A stretch of DNA of 64,000 nucleotides from Octopus vulgaris (lineage: Eukaryota). The notes beneath the pieces were generated by a model, which saw only the letters and a list, made by a program, of their open reading frames with translations, was not told the DNA's origin and ran no database searches. The stretch is taken from positions 168,888,001 through 168,952,000 of the forward strand of contig OX597814.1 of assembly GCA_951406725.2 (NCBI GenBank). Direction: 5' to 3'. Below, piece by piece: positions 14,623 through 27,096 of the stretch (positions are counted from its first letter, which is position 1; every line of letters begins with the position of its first letter). The translations under genes and the position numbers were made by a program.

Positions 14623-15444
14623 AAAACACAGAAACCTACTCCCACAGTACTATATTAAAGTAGGTGCATATCTAAAAGGAGATTCAATACACACTTGTAT
14701 TATAATCCCGTGTACAGTAGAACAGAGAACAGAAGATGGTCCATTTTTCTGACTGTATTTTGATTCCAGGGCGTAGATATGTCATATCATTTACACCACT
14801 AAATGCAGTGAAGACATGAAACTCATATTTTCCATTTCCCTGTTCTGCAAATGTAACAGAGCTAATTGATCATTAGATAATAATCTAAGAGTAGAAACAG
14901 ACAATTAGATATTTATCATGAGATAAATAAAATACTGACCAAATATTATGTTAGGACATTTATTGACTCTGGTTTATTGGATTCTTGGTCATAATGAGAA
15001 AAATTACATGCCATATGATAGAGCATAGTGGTTAACCTTCTAAGCTGTGGAATATGTCCACTTAATGGTGGATAGGTGTACATGTGATAAATTTTATGTG
15101 AAACAGACTGGTATATATGCTAGCCACTACTACATATAACCCAGATAGAGAGTACAATGGAAGACTTGTTGAGATGACTAGGTAAACATAATCTGATGAT
15201 GAGTAGTGGAGTGGTTCTATTTTTCTTTCTTTCATCGGTGGAGCTGAACACATCATTTAAAGCTAATGAACGACTTGTTAGTTTTACACTTCGTAAAAGA
15301 ACTGAGAGTAGTTCAAACCTACCACACTGTAGCTTTGGTTTGACCGACTAAGTTACATGTCTGAGGAATCATAACTGTATGTTTGTTGATGAGTGTGTGT
15401 GAGGATAACAATCACGCGAACTCAGCAAAGTAACTGCGGCAGCC

Positions 15445-15962
15445 TGCCGGTTGTGATGACGAGGGTGCTATTTGGTCTGATCAACGTAACAACCTGAGTG
15501 TGAAATAAATGTACAAGTGGCTGAGTACTCCACAGACACATGTACCCTTAACCCTTTAGTGTTCACATTATTCTACCAAAATTAATGCTTCTTTATCCAC
15601 ATTGTTTTGAACTAATCATGCATTATCTGATAACTGAGATTTTGATGAGGTAGATGTTAATTTTTAAAACGATATTGTAGGGTTAGTGTGAGAGACCAGA
15701 TCTGGTCAGTTTGAACATAAAACAGGGAGAATACTTTTGGCTGGATAAAAAGCTAAAGGGTTAATGTACTTCTCAGGAAGATTCAGCGTGACAAGGCTGG
15801 CCCTTTGAAATACAGGTACTACTCACTTTTGCCAGCTGAGTGGACTGGAGTAACATGAAATAAAGTACCTTGCTCAAGGATACAATGTGTAGCCAGAAAT
15901 TGAATTCACGACCATATGATTTTGAGCTGAATACCCAAACCACTAAGCCATGCACCTTCACT
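15445..15962 (-). mobile_element. tRNA-headed SINE sharing its 3' half with family C, interrupted by a MITE
   Basis: Reverse complement matches 25030-25160 (GCTGAATCT...TTAAGGGTACA..TGTCTGTGGAGT); head has TGGCTTAGTGG and GAATTCAATT. Confidence 0.75.
15552..15760. mobile_element. piggyBac-like MITE
   Basis: TTAA|CCCTTTAG ... CTAAAGGG|TTAA, inserted at the TTAA of the host SINE. Confidence 0.85.
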
Positions 15963-16707
15963 GACTCAGCAAAGTACTTCTCAACTAACTTTAATCAAGC
16001 TTAACAGGCTTAACAGATAATTACAGGTAATTATAAATAGTTTGGGTTTGTAAGATTAGTTTCTAATGAGAGAGAAAATGCAAAGAATATTCTGATACAC
16101 CACAGTAATGAAAATATGATTAGTACTACCTTACAACTAATATAATTTCTATTTTGTAGTTTTCTTTCATGTAATAGTTACACATACAATTCTACATGAA
16201 AGGAAAATTCTGAAAATCAATACCTAATGGGAATCAGAGCTATGCCAACCTGACTGATACTCTGATAGGGTACCACTGCTAACAAGTTATAAAACCCCAA
16301 ATGTGATTCAGTAGTCATAGTATTGGAACCACTCTAGATTTCTTTAAATAAAACCTTACACAGCTTGTTTTCCACCTTGATGACAATTTTTCCAGATATG
16401 TGTGTGTACACACACATGCACACACTCACACAATATATACACACTTATTATTATATATTGTTTATTCATTTTTGTACTTCTTTTTGTGCCCTTTTTATTT
16501 TTTTTCAAATATACATTATTTTTTATTTTTTATTTGGTTTATGTCTATCATTGTTTGAATTGCATAATAGTGGTTTTTCTCTAATTTATATATATATATA
16601 TATGTAGATAGATAGATAGATATTGATAGAAATGGCAAGACAACAAAAGAATGAAAGAGATTTCGATATTATGTAAATAGAAGAATTTATTTGTAAATAC
16701 GATATGA

Positions 16708-16863
16708 GACAATTATTCGGTAGCCATGATAAAACTCTGAGTTTTGGATGTCGGGGTGGAAACCCACGCCGGCATCTCTTCAGTTATCGGGCCATTGAAA
16801 AAATGCTATGAAAATAACCGTTAAAACAAATTGGAGTTTTATCATGGCTACCGAATAATTGTC
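16708..16863. repeat. 30-bp perfect inverted repeat around the hammerhead motif
   Basis: GACAATTATTCGGTAGCCATGATAAAACTC (16708-16737) versus GAGTTTTATCATGGCTACCGAATAATTGTC (16834-16863). Confidence 0.9.
16728..16798 (-). ncRNA. Degenerate type I hammerhead ribozyme motif (Penelope-like element remnant)
   Basis: Minus strand: GAUAA-CUGAAGA-GAUGCCGG..CCGACAUC-C-AAAAC-UCAGA-GUU-UUAUC. Stem I GAUAA/UUAUC, long stem II, palindrome-like stem III; GAAA is read as AAAA (CpG-type change). Confidence 0.6.
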
Positions 16864-17010
16864 ACATATTATATATATATATATATAAAAATTTTGTGAC
16901 CACAGTATGTTACTGGTATGTAGAAATGTGTGTGTGTAACATAGTGTTCACCAGGTCAGTTTAACTACAACTGGACATCGTTTCTTTTTAATAACTATAA
17001 TTTTTCTTAC

Positions 17011-17399
17011 CTTTTACTTGTTTCAGTCATAGGACTGTGGCCATGCTGGGGCACCACCTTAAAGGGTTTAGTTAAATAAATTGATCCCAGTATTTATTTT
17101 AAAAAACCCAAAAAACTGGTGCTTATTCAACTGATCTCTTTTGCTGAACCGCTAAGTTGTGGGGCATAAAAAACCCAACACCAGTTGACAAATGGTGACA
17201 GCACAAACACAATGACACACACCATATACACTATGACAAATTTCCACACTGCTTCCATCAACTAAATTCACTCACAAAGAATTGGTTGACCAGATATTAT
17301 AGCAGAAGACACTTGTGCAAAGAGTTTGCACAGTGGGACTGAACCTGAAACCACATAGTTGCAAAAGCAGGTTTCTTAAACCCACAGCCATGCCTGTGC
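17011..17399 (-). mobile_element. SINE family A, diverged full-length copy
   Basis: Reverse-complement similarity to 14226-14622 along its whole length. Confidence 0.85.
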
Positions 17400-18137
17400 T
17401 CTATTTTGAAGCAAAAGATGAGAAAAAATAGGAGGAAATAAGAGAAATATGGCACAGAAATGTATTACTTCTGGACACACAATGTATATTAGATTTTACA
17501 AACCCACTCTCTTTTACTGCTGGTTTCTATAGACTCTAATGAAAATGACATGTACTTTAGAAGTGTGATGATTTTACAAAAGAACATCACAACCAGTAAT
17601 CAATACTTATCGTATATATTCTCTTTCTTTTCTCTTCTGTTAAAGGATGAATTATTGAAACATCTCAACTACTAATAGCAAATTATCAGTCTTACAAGTG
17701 TAAAGCAACATAACAAATTTAGCAATCTTTGTATTGTCATTTTTGTTTTTATTTTTTTTAAAACTATATTTAACTTTTTTTGTGCTCTCAGTTTTTCTTT
17801 CTTTCCTTTTTTCTTTGTTTGGTCATTAAATATAAGTGAATTTTCTTTCCTAAAACTTTTACTCTTTCACCAACACCATAAACCTCATATTGGCTTTGGT
17901 AAAATCAAATGACGTTGGTTAGCCCTACGTCAATCTTGATTGTATCAACCTATTATCAAAACAGTTCCAGCCATGACCATTCCCCTTAAAGCATGAAGTA
18001 ATTTAATCGTTCTGATTGAAACCAACCTGCCATCAACCATTCCTGATTCTATGAAACAAAATCCCTTTTTGAAAGTGATCTAAATTAAAACTTCCACCAA
18101 AATTTCATTATAATTCATGCTCCAAGCATCAGTTTAA

Positions 18138-18341
18138 CCCTTTTGTTACCAACCCGGCTGAAACCGGCTCTGGCTCTGAGTACAAATGTCTTGTTTTCAT
18201 AAGTTTTGAATTAAAATCTTCTAGTGTTCTTAACACTAGCTGAATGATAACTAAGTTATTTTACTAAATTCTTTGTTATATTTAAAGTACTTGAAAAAAA
18301 CGCAGAGCATCTCAAAATAAATAAATAGAGTAATGAAAGGG
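18138..18341. mobile_element. piggyBac-like MITE (second subfamily)
   Basis: TTAA|CCCTTTTGTTAC ... GTAATGAAAGGG|TTAA; homologous to 19730-20174 and 31845-32038. Confidence 0.85.
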
Positions 18342-19729
18342 TTAATAATGATGGTTTCAGCAGTTTTGAGGGGAGGGTGAAGTTAATTACATTAATCTCA
18401 GTACTCAACTCATACTTATTTAATTGACCCTGAAACGGTGAAAGGCAAAGTTGATTTCAGTGGAATTTGAGTTTAGATTCTAAAAATAAATGAAATGCAG
18501 TTAAGCACTTTGTCTGGCTTATCACCTTAAACATCAGTTTAATAATGACTAAATTATTGTACAAAAATCTTCATTATTAAAAAAAAAAAAAAAAATAATA
18601 ATTGAAATAGAGGCAGTGTATTGCAACAGAAATATGGTAATAAAAGAGTTAAAAGAAGAATTTTAGCTTCTATTTCTGACAGATTGAGCAACCACACAAA
18701 CTCTTTTCTTCTTGTGAGCAGATGTGTTTCTTAAGGATAGGTGGTGAGGTCTGTGAAATAATAGAGATTAATTGTTTGATCAAATAAACTGTTCAGATAC
18801 TAAACAAAGAATGAACAGCTAACAATGCAAGATTTATTGTACATTTATTGAAGGAAATGACATGCTACATGATATATAATTTGTCGGAGACAAGAGAGCA
18901 TTGGGGGCCAAGGATGATGACGGCAAAAGAGAGGAGATGGAAAGAACTACTAAAAGACTGACGGAACTCTAGAATAAACCTTGTAATGATAGTAATTGGT
19001 TTCTTAAAGTTGCCACTCATTATTAATAATGACCTTAGCTACTGCAGCACAGCGTATATAACAAGCAACTGCATCACAGTATCTAATTAACTTACTGACA
19101 AGTCAAGGAAGGAGCTTCTGTGAGGGTATTCGACTTACTAAGGAATATCCCTCAAACCAATCCCTAATGTCTTTAAAAATACGACACATTGTATAATCTA
19201 GTCCTACATACACTATGCCTTTTGGGGAAAAAAGGCGGAAGAAATTAGTTGTAATTGGATTGCCTTTCATTACAAACACTGAAATGTCTTGGAGTTAAAC
19301 AGTATTAATCATCTTAATGAAAGTATTTAGTTAGTATTAACTTTTCATTAAAGTAAAAAAATGCAATATAATTCATTTCAACCAATAACATTCATGTATA
19401 ATGCATGTGTTTATTATTGGCTAAGATGACTCTCCCAAAATACTAAAGATAATATCTAAAGATAATAATTCTCCAAACTATTAACTTATCTTTTTACAAT
19501 GTTGTTGAGCGTGTTAACCATTTTTACAATGTTGTTACATGACAATGGTTACAGTATTGTTGAGTATGTTTTGATTGGATTGATTTCCAATCATCTTCAG
19601 GTATGTTAATCCTGGATAAGTACATTGCTACATGTGAACTGAATTTGAACTAGGAAGCTATATTTCTAAAGTAAAGTTACTGATGGCTTTATCCACTAAG
19701 CCACTAATGGACACGCACACATTCATTAA

Positions 19730-20174
19730 CCCTTTCGTTCCTGTATATATTTTGAGATGCTTTGTGTTTCTATCAATTACTTTAACCCTTTAGCATTCAG
19801 ATTATTCTGTAAAATGTAAAGCTTATGTATTCACACCATGTAAAATTAATCTTGCATCATTTCATGGCTTTGAGATTTCAATGATGTGATTGTTTATTTT
19901 TAAAATGACACAATAAGGTAGCTATGAATGACCATATCTGACTAGTTTGAACATAAAATAGGTAGAATATTTTGGCCAGATATGGCCGGTTTAAACACTA
20001 AAGGGTTAAGTATAACAAAACATTTCGTAAAATAACTTAGTTATCATTAAGCTAGTGTTAGGAACATAAACCGTAACATAGGTTTGGTGGAAGATTTTAA
20101 TTCAAAACTTATGAAAATAAGACATTTGTACTACAGAGCTAGAGCCGGTTTCAGCCGGGTTGGAAATGAAAGGG
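19730..20174. mobile_element. piggyBac-like MITE containing a nested piggyBac-like MITE (19786-20005)
   Basis: Outer TTAA|CCCTTTCGTT...AATGAAAGGG|TTAA; inner TTAA|CCCTTTAG...CTAAAGGG|TTAA. Confidence 0.85.
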
Positions 20175-20805
20175 TTAACATAGTCATTAACCCATCAAGT
20201 TAATAACAATTATGTTGAATTTAGACCATCTCTCTTTTAAGGTAAAATGGTGTTTATATCTTTCTGGAAGAGAACATGTGCACTCTCAAAGTAATGATCA
20301 CAAGCCAAGTCATACCTCATTGAGTGGTGAGTGAAAAGCTGAAGTCTTATTTTGTTACTATTAAATAAGTTATGGTAATGAATTTTGAAGTTTTAGAAAT
20401 GCATTGATTTTTTAGTGAAACAATAACATGTGTGGGTGTCTTGCTAGGTATGTGAGCTCAAGTGCAAAGAATAGGTGACCTAGCTGATATGTTACAGGTC
20501 TATTCTATGCAAGGTTGGCTAAAGCTGGTTACTTACAACCATTATTGTCAATACCAACAAAACCTATGCAAGCCAACAACCTGAGTTTCTTATTCATTTT
20601 CTTGATACCTCTCCAAAATCACATCCATCTTTAAGAGGACACAGTAGATAATGTGATGACAGGTGCATTATTTTTTATCAAACTTATAGTTTTGCTAGTT
20701 TCAGCCAGAAGACTGCAGTCTTGCCGGGGTACTGTCTTGGTGGGTATGGTCAAACAAAATGACAGATCATCAGGTCATAAACACAAACATACATACATAC
20801 ATACA

Positions 20806-20841
<36 letters not shown>

Positions 20842-20843
<2 letters not shown>

Positions 20844-20989
20844 CACAGGAGTGTGTGTTAAGTAGCTTGCTTACCAACTACATGGTTCCGAGTTCAGTCC
20901 CACTGTGTGGCAGCTTGGGCTGACCGAAGTCTTGTGAGTGGATTTGGTAGATGGAAACTGAAAGAATCCTGTCATATATATATATAAAC

Positions 20990-21034
<45 letters not shown>

Positions 21035-21270
21035 TGTGTATGTATGTATGTATGTATGTATGTTTGTGTGTCTGTGTTTGTACCCCGAACATCGCTTAAC
21101 AACCGATGCTGGTGTGTTTCAGTCCCCATAACTTAATGGTTCGGCAAAAAAAACCAATTGAATAAGTAGTAGGCTTACAAAGAATAAGTCCCGGGGGCGA
21201 TTTGCTCGACTAAAAGCGGTGCTCCAGCATGGCCATGGCCAAATGACTGAAACAAGTATAAGAATAAAAG
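20842..21270 (+). mobile_element. SINE family A, full length
   Basis: Same head, internal microsatellite and tail as 14226-14622. Confidence 0.9.
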
Positions 21271-21311
21271 AAGAATATATATATGTGTGTGTGTGTGTAT
21301 TTATTTATGAA

Positions 21312-21465
21312 GGACTTTCCACACAGTTTCCATCAGCCAAATTAACTCAATAAACATTGGTCAACCCAGGACTATAAAAGACACTTGCCCAAAGTGCTGA
21401 GCAGTGGAACTGAACCTAAAAACCATGTGGCTGCAAAGCAAACTTCTTAACCCCACAGCCATGTC
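21312..21465 (-). mobile_element. SINE family A, 5' half, inverted relative to its neighbour
   Basis: AGACACTTGCCCAA...ACTGAACC...ACCATGTGG...CCACAGCCA. Confidence 0.75.
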
Positions 21466-22732
21466 TGTACCAACATTGAAATGAAAGAAAAAAAAAGGGG
21501 GGTTGTCATGACAGAAACACTTTAGGTTGTGGGGGTCTGTTCATTCACATATGAGCCTGAGCTAATAACAAGTACAGCGACAACAGCAACAACAACAAAA
21601 TGAAATGAAAGAAAACAATTTGCTTGGTATATCTTCTTTAAATCAGATGACACATTAACAGCACAAAAGAATAAAATTTCACAGTTAATAAGATTTGTTG
21701 ACATATTTCGAAGGAATTATTATGAAAAGATCTCGTGGAAGGTTGTTTATGTGGGGTGGAGTGGGGAAGGAACTGGCTATCAAGCGTCTAACATAATCAA
21801 AACAATTGGAGTAAACTAGAGATGGAAAACGATAGTAATGGTAAAATAAAGAACACACACACACAATTCTATTTTACATGGTACATGGCCTGAAGTCTTC
21901 ACAGAAGACGAAGAAAGGAAATGTACAAGAAGAAAATAGATTTTGTGCATAAGCAATGACTCTTTTTTACTTGGTGTTTTGCATTTTTTTTTTTCTTCTT
22001 TCCAGAATATATCAATAAATCAATGGCATAACATAAATACAGAATTATTCCAAGTTCTTTACTACATTCAGATCTGGTCGCTTTCTCTGAGAATTAATCA
22101 GGTTTATTGTTACACAAGATCAGTTCAAGGTTTTAGCAGTAGCAGATTTATATACCAGCTTGACAGGAACAGATGTTCAAGTATTGGAAAATATACTTCT
22201 ACCTCTGGAATAATAAAACTTCAAAAATTTGCCATTGTATATTAAAAGACAGTTTGTGGTATAACTACTAGTTGATTAAGATACTGGTTTTATCAAGGAA
22301 AATGATAATGATTAAAAAAAAAAAAGTGTTTCTATGAAAATAGAAGTGAGGATTGGATATGAAGGTGGGGAAGGAGGGAAGTCCAATAAAATCCAGACAT
22401 TAATTGGTGTTCCCACACATGCACAGCCTTTTGAATTTTGAAGGGTCTCAAAAATGATTCAAGTATTCATTAAATTGTTAAGACAAAAAGTCTACGAAAA
22501 TGGGTTTATGTGAAATTAGAAATATAGAGCTTAAGTAGCAATCCCGTGTGTGTGTAGATGGATAGACAAATAGATAAATAGTCTGACAATGGATTAGCTG
22601 GTTGAAACTTTAAAGTCACTGTCAACAACATTCCTGTTTAAGAATGATGAATTTTCACTATACAAAAGCATAGAGTAACCCATGAGATCACAATAGAACT
22701 GTTTTTATTATAACTGAATAAAAAGACAAACA

Positions 22733-22775
<43 letters not shown>

Positions 22776-22846
22776 TACTGTTCAGTGATGGTAAGATCAA
22801 AAAAAAAAAAAAAAACTACTCCATCTGGTGAGAGATAATTTCATTA

Positions 22847-22891
<45 letters not shown>

Positions 22892-22919
22892 AGAAGAAAG
22901 AAGATGTGCACCCAACACC

Positions 22920-23072
22920 AGAGCTGAAGACACCTCCGAAAGGAGGTGGGCCACGTCAAAACGGTAGAGGAGTAGGGGCCGAAACCGGATGTGGTTCCTC
23001 CTGATGATGTCTTGAGCTAACTGGATCCTATAAAGGAGCTGTTGTGGTAGCAGACCACGAAACACGGTTGAA
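22920..23072 (+). ncRNA. Cluster of hammerhead-like core motifs, probably a Penelope-like terminal repeat remnant
   Basis: CTGAAGA (22924) plus a perfect CACCTCC-GAAA-GGAGGTG hairpin; GTA-GAGGAG (22964-22972) can pair with TTCCTC just before CTGATGA (23001); CGAAAC at 22980 and 23058. Confidence 0.45.
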
Positions 23073-23269
23073 ATTCTTCCTATATACACTCATAAATATT
23101 TGCTTTTAATTTAAGTTATAATAAAAACAGTTTAATATTAAACTGAAGGATTACTCAAACTTTAACAACAGTGATTCTGAATTCAGTCTGCTAAGCTACC
23201 ATTGGAGTGCTTAACAGGCCAATGATGACTTAGAAGGCTGAATCTTTGAAGTCATTATCAATAATGAAA

Positions 23270-23755
23270 CCAAATCAAAATAGATGAACATCAATGGAAT
23301 TTGTATCCTTGTGGTACCAGTGCCGGTGGCACATAAGAAAACCATCCGAACGTGACCGTAGCCAGTACCGCATCGACTGGCCTCCGTGCTGAGGGCACGT
23401 AACAAACACCATCCGAGCATGGCCGTTCGCCAGCCTCGTCTGGCACCTGTGTCGGTGACACATAAGAAAACACCATCCGAGCGTGGCCGTCTGCCAGCCT
23501 CGTCTGGCACCTGTGTCGGTGGCACATAAAAAACACCATCCGAGCGTGGCCGTCTGGCACCTGTGTCGGTGGCACATAAAATCACCCACTACACTCTCGG
23601 AGTGGTTGGCGTTAGGAAGGGCATCCAGCTGTAGAAACACTGCCAGATCTGACTGGCCTGGTGCAGCCTTCGGGCTTGCCAGACCCCAGTTGAACCGTCC
23701 AACCCATGCTAGCATGGAAAGCGGACGTTAAACGATGATGATGATGATGATGATG
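23270..23755 (+). mobile_element. Family D non-autonomous retroelement with internal ~62-bp tandem subunits and RTE-like tail
   Basis: Repeated GTG(C/T)CGGTGGCACATAA..ACCATCCGA units, then GGCGTTAGGAAGGGCATCCAGC and CCATGCTAGCATGGAAAGCGGACGTTAAAC(GAT)n. Confidence 0.85.
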
Positions 23756-24790
23756 AATAATATCTATGTTTGTACACACACACATATATATGATGCACAT
23801 TTTATTACGTAGAATAGGAATTGATATTTACTGAGTAGAATTGAAACAACTATTCCCAAGGGTATTTTTGTCTTTTAGTTGTTGATGATGTTTTCTTGTT
23901 GAGGGATAATAAATATTAAGAAAACAGTTAAAAAAAAAACACTAAGTTAGAAGTGCATAATCAGAAGTGTAAGCACAATATACCTAAGTGGGAATTGAAG
24001 AAAATTGATATTAATTACAAATTTTCACAATTTACTGATTTATATTTTTATAATATGTCATTTGTCTTCATTTCTTTAAAGGGAACTCTTTGAGAGGAAT
24101 ATAATCTAGAGAAGAGAGGAGGCGGGAAGAAGAGGAAATGAGAGAGTCTAAAGTTGCTAAAAAGATTTGTCTAGTAGTAAGATAATTAATGTTCTTGTTG
24201 TTGTTGTTATTGTTATTATTATTATCATCATCATCACCATTATAGAGATTAGATGGAAGCAAAAAAAAAAGAAGCTTGGCTGACACACATCACCAACAGA
24301 ATGGCAACAATGGAAAAAGCCAAGTGACAGCAACATTAATAATAATTGAGGGATAAAGAAGAAAGTAGCAACAGCAATGTGTAAGGGATACAGAGAGAGA
24401 TTCTATTATCAGTAATAAATATTTGCTATTATTGATTATACCTATATTCTCCTAAACAATGGATATCAGGAAGAACTAGTGAGAGAAACTGGTGATGGAA
24501 AATTTTATTTTTCGTCAGTACTGGGTTGGCAGATATATCTAATGATAAAAGTAATTCCAGGTGTGGCTTCCTAGTCTTTTATCCAGTAAGTACTTGTCCT
24601 TGTTTTTATTTTAAATGATAGGGAATGATTTGTGCAAGAGTCAACTACTATTTCTAGCAGATCCAGAAACTATGAAGAGGCTCCATCATTACTTTGATGG
24701 TGAGTGGTGAATACATTGAGTGAGAAGAGATGGAGATGGCTTCTGCTTTAGTTTTCAAGTACAGAACTGAGGACAAACTACTATATATAC

Positions 24791-25176
24791 GTGGAGGCGC
24801 AATGGCCCAGTGGTTAGGGCAGCAGACTCGCGGTTGTAGGATTGCGGTTTCAATTCCATGACCGGGCGTTGTGAGTGTTTATTGAGCGAAAACACCTAAA
24901 GCTCCACGAGGCTCCGGTAGGGGTTGGTGGCGAACCCTGCTGTACTCTTTCACCACAACTTTCTCTCACTCTTTCTTTCTGTTTCTGCTGTACCTGTATT
25001 TCAAAGGGGCAGCTTTGTCACACTCTGTGTCATGCTGAATCTCCCCGAGAACTACGTTAAGGGTACACGTGTCTGTGGAGTGTTCAGCCACTTGCACGTT
25101 AATTTCACGAGCAGGCTGTTCCGTTGATCAGATCAACTGGAACCCTGATCGTTGTAATCGACAGAGTGCCAACAAC
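24791..25176 (+). mobile_element. SINE family C, tRNA-derived, full length
   Basis: GGAGGCGCAATGGCCCAGTGGTTAGGGC (A box), GGTTTCAATTCC (B-box-like); ACTATATAT on both flanks is a probable TSD. Confidence 0.8.
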
Positions 25177-25212
25177 TATATATGCACACACACATATGTG
25201 TGTGTGTGTGTG

Positions 25213-25268
<56 letters not shown>

Positions 25269-25524
25269 TATACTGATTCAGTTGCAAAGTGTTATTTCGA
25301 GTAAAGTTATTTGGTTGCAGACCTCATCTGAGTCTTTTTATTATCACTGGGTCAGAGATAATCTCCAGATGGTAACATTGATTTCAAGGCCTTTCCAGAT
25401 AAGTGATTGGTCATTCAAAGAGATTTATAGATTGCAAATTTATTCTGTTCAGTTTGGAATCTGGGCATAAAGATGAGTAGTCTGACATAACTATGTCATG
25501 ATTAGAATTTTTGTTAGGGTGTGT

Positions 25525-25674
25525 AAAGACGGGAAGAACCCTCATTAAAAGTCTTAATCTTCAATTTTGATGAAATTCGAATCATAGGTATTCCAGTTCA
25601 TTAGAGAAAATATAAAAGAAAAGCCTAATTCTTTAATTGCATGTGACACAGGCAACGTTGGGTTTCTCTGATAG
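25525..25674 (+). mobile_element. Helitron-like 3' end remnant
   Basis: CACAGGCAACGTTGGG (decayed hairpin) followed by TTTCTCTGATAG-T, parallel to the 3' end at 59334-59362. Confidence 0.4.
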
Positions 25675-26116
25675 TATATATATAAATATATATATGATTT
25701 GGGAAAACAAATTTCCAAATCAATCATGTGTAACGCTACAGCTTTATATGCATCTACATATCATACTTTGGGGTCTAAGAAATTCTATATTGTAGAATTG
25801 TATTAAAAAGGAACATGGTAACAGGCAAAGAAAATCTGACTTTTATCATAAGAGATATACAAAATATCTAATAAGAGTCAATATTCAATTTTGGGGGGTT
25901 AATTGATATGCGGGTATTCTATTTCAGATAATACAAAAACAAACTAATGAGTATATCTGACAGTAAACTCATGGTATCAGTTTGCACATCACGAAATAAT
26001 AATTTGTATTTGAATTTTTCTTGTTAAATATCACATTTAAACACAAACATTTTTATTCTGATGTTTAATCTTATATCTCACATTCTGTATTTGAAATATA
26101 CTTGATTTTACATGAT

Positions 26117-26162
<46 letters not shown>

Positions 26163-26596
26163 TAATTCATATTTATACCGTATAATTTATAAATTTTAAT
26201 TCTAAATATTACAAAGTATAATTTTCATTCTTAATTTTTAATTCATAATTTTTAATCTTTAATGCTTAATCGTATGGCTTATATTTAAAGCGATGTAAAA
26301 TTAGATATATAATATTTTGAAATAGAACTTGAAGATGTGTGCTGGCATCTACTTGTGAACAATCGCCTACGGTATGTTTATATTCAATGTGGATGCAATA
26401 AATTGCTCATAATTACTGGTAATAACAAAGTTATACAGGTAAGTGGAGGAATTATAACATTATTTTAGTAGTAATTTATTTTACAGAAGTATAGCCTAGG
26501 CTAGGGTGCATCATATGCACTCGTGCGTCTTATAAGCCATCAAATACGGTATATGTGTGCGTGTGTGTGTATGTATGTGTATATATATATATTTCT

Positions 26597-26920
26597 ATGC
26601 CCCTAAACATGATACAGCAAGACAGAAAAGCGAGACAGATGAGTGACAACCTGGCCACTGGTGTAACACACCATACTAATCATATCTGTCGGGGATGTGG
26701 AAGAGAGTGTAATTCGGCAGGAGGACTTAAACGACATGCAAAAGTACATGAAGCCCAGTTACAACTAAACCCGGGCATTACCGGTAAACGTTTTAGTTGC
26801 CAATTCTGTACAAGACATTGAAGATATTTAGCTGGGCTAAAAAGTCACATTCGATCACAGCACCAATAACAGTTAAGCTTCGTGCAATGGCCATATTCGA
26901 TAACGAGGGGGCAGCCATAA
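26597..26920 (+). mobile_element. RTE-type LINE 3' fragment encoding two C2H2 zinc fingers (one in-frame stop)
   Basis: CRGCGRECNSAGGLKRHAKVH ... CQFCTRH*RYLAGLKSHIRSQHQ* (stop 26867-26869), short 3' UTR (GCCATATTCGATAACGAGGGGGCAGCC), then (TA)n; no TGEKP linkers. Confidence 0.7.
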
Positions 26921-27096
26921 TATATATATATATATACAAGATAAGAAAATGGAGAAATACATCTAAATCAAATATCAATTATCAGATAATACTCAATCAC
27001 ACTTTATTAAACCACCACATAAGAGACTGTAGGTTTAAGCATAAAAAAGCAGAACAAATCAGTGTACATAAAGGAATGTACATAAAAAAGTGTACG

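Noticed and set aside
21983-22245. Strong polypyrimidine-CAG acceptor followed by an open frame
   Set aside because: No recognisable protein or convincing donor; poly-T runs are common here.
24791-24865. tRNA gene
   Set aside because: A/B boxes are present but the cloverleaf is poor and the sequence continues into a SINE body; the same applies to the family A and B heads.
26500-26551. pogo/Tigger-like terminal repeat (GTGCGTCTTATAAGCCATCAAATACGGTA)
   Set aside because: No matching opposite TIR found, so the element cannot be delimited.
26555-26869. Host C2H2 zinc-finger gene
   Set aside because: No TGEKP linkers, an in-frame stop, and a LINE-like short tail between microsatellites.
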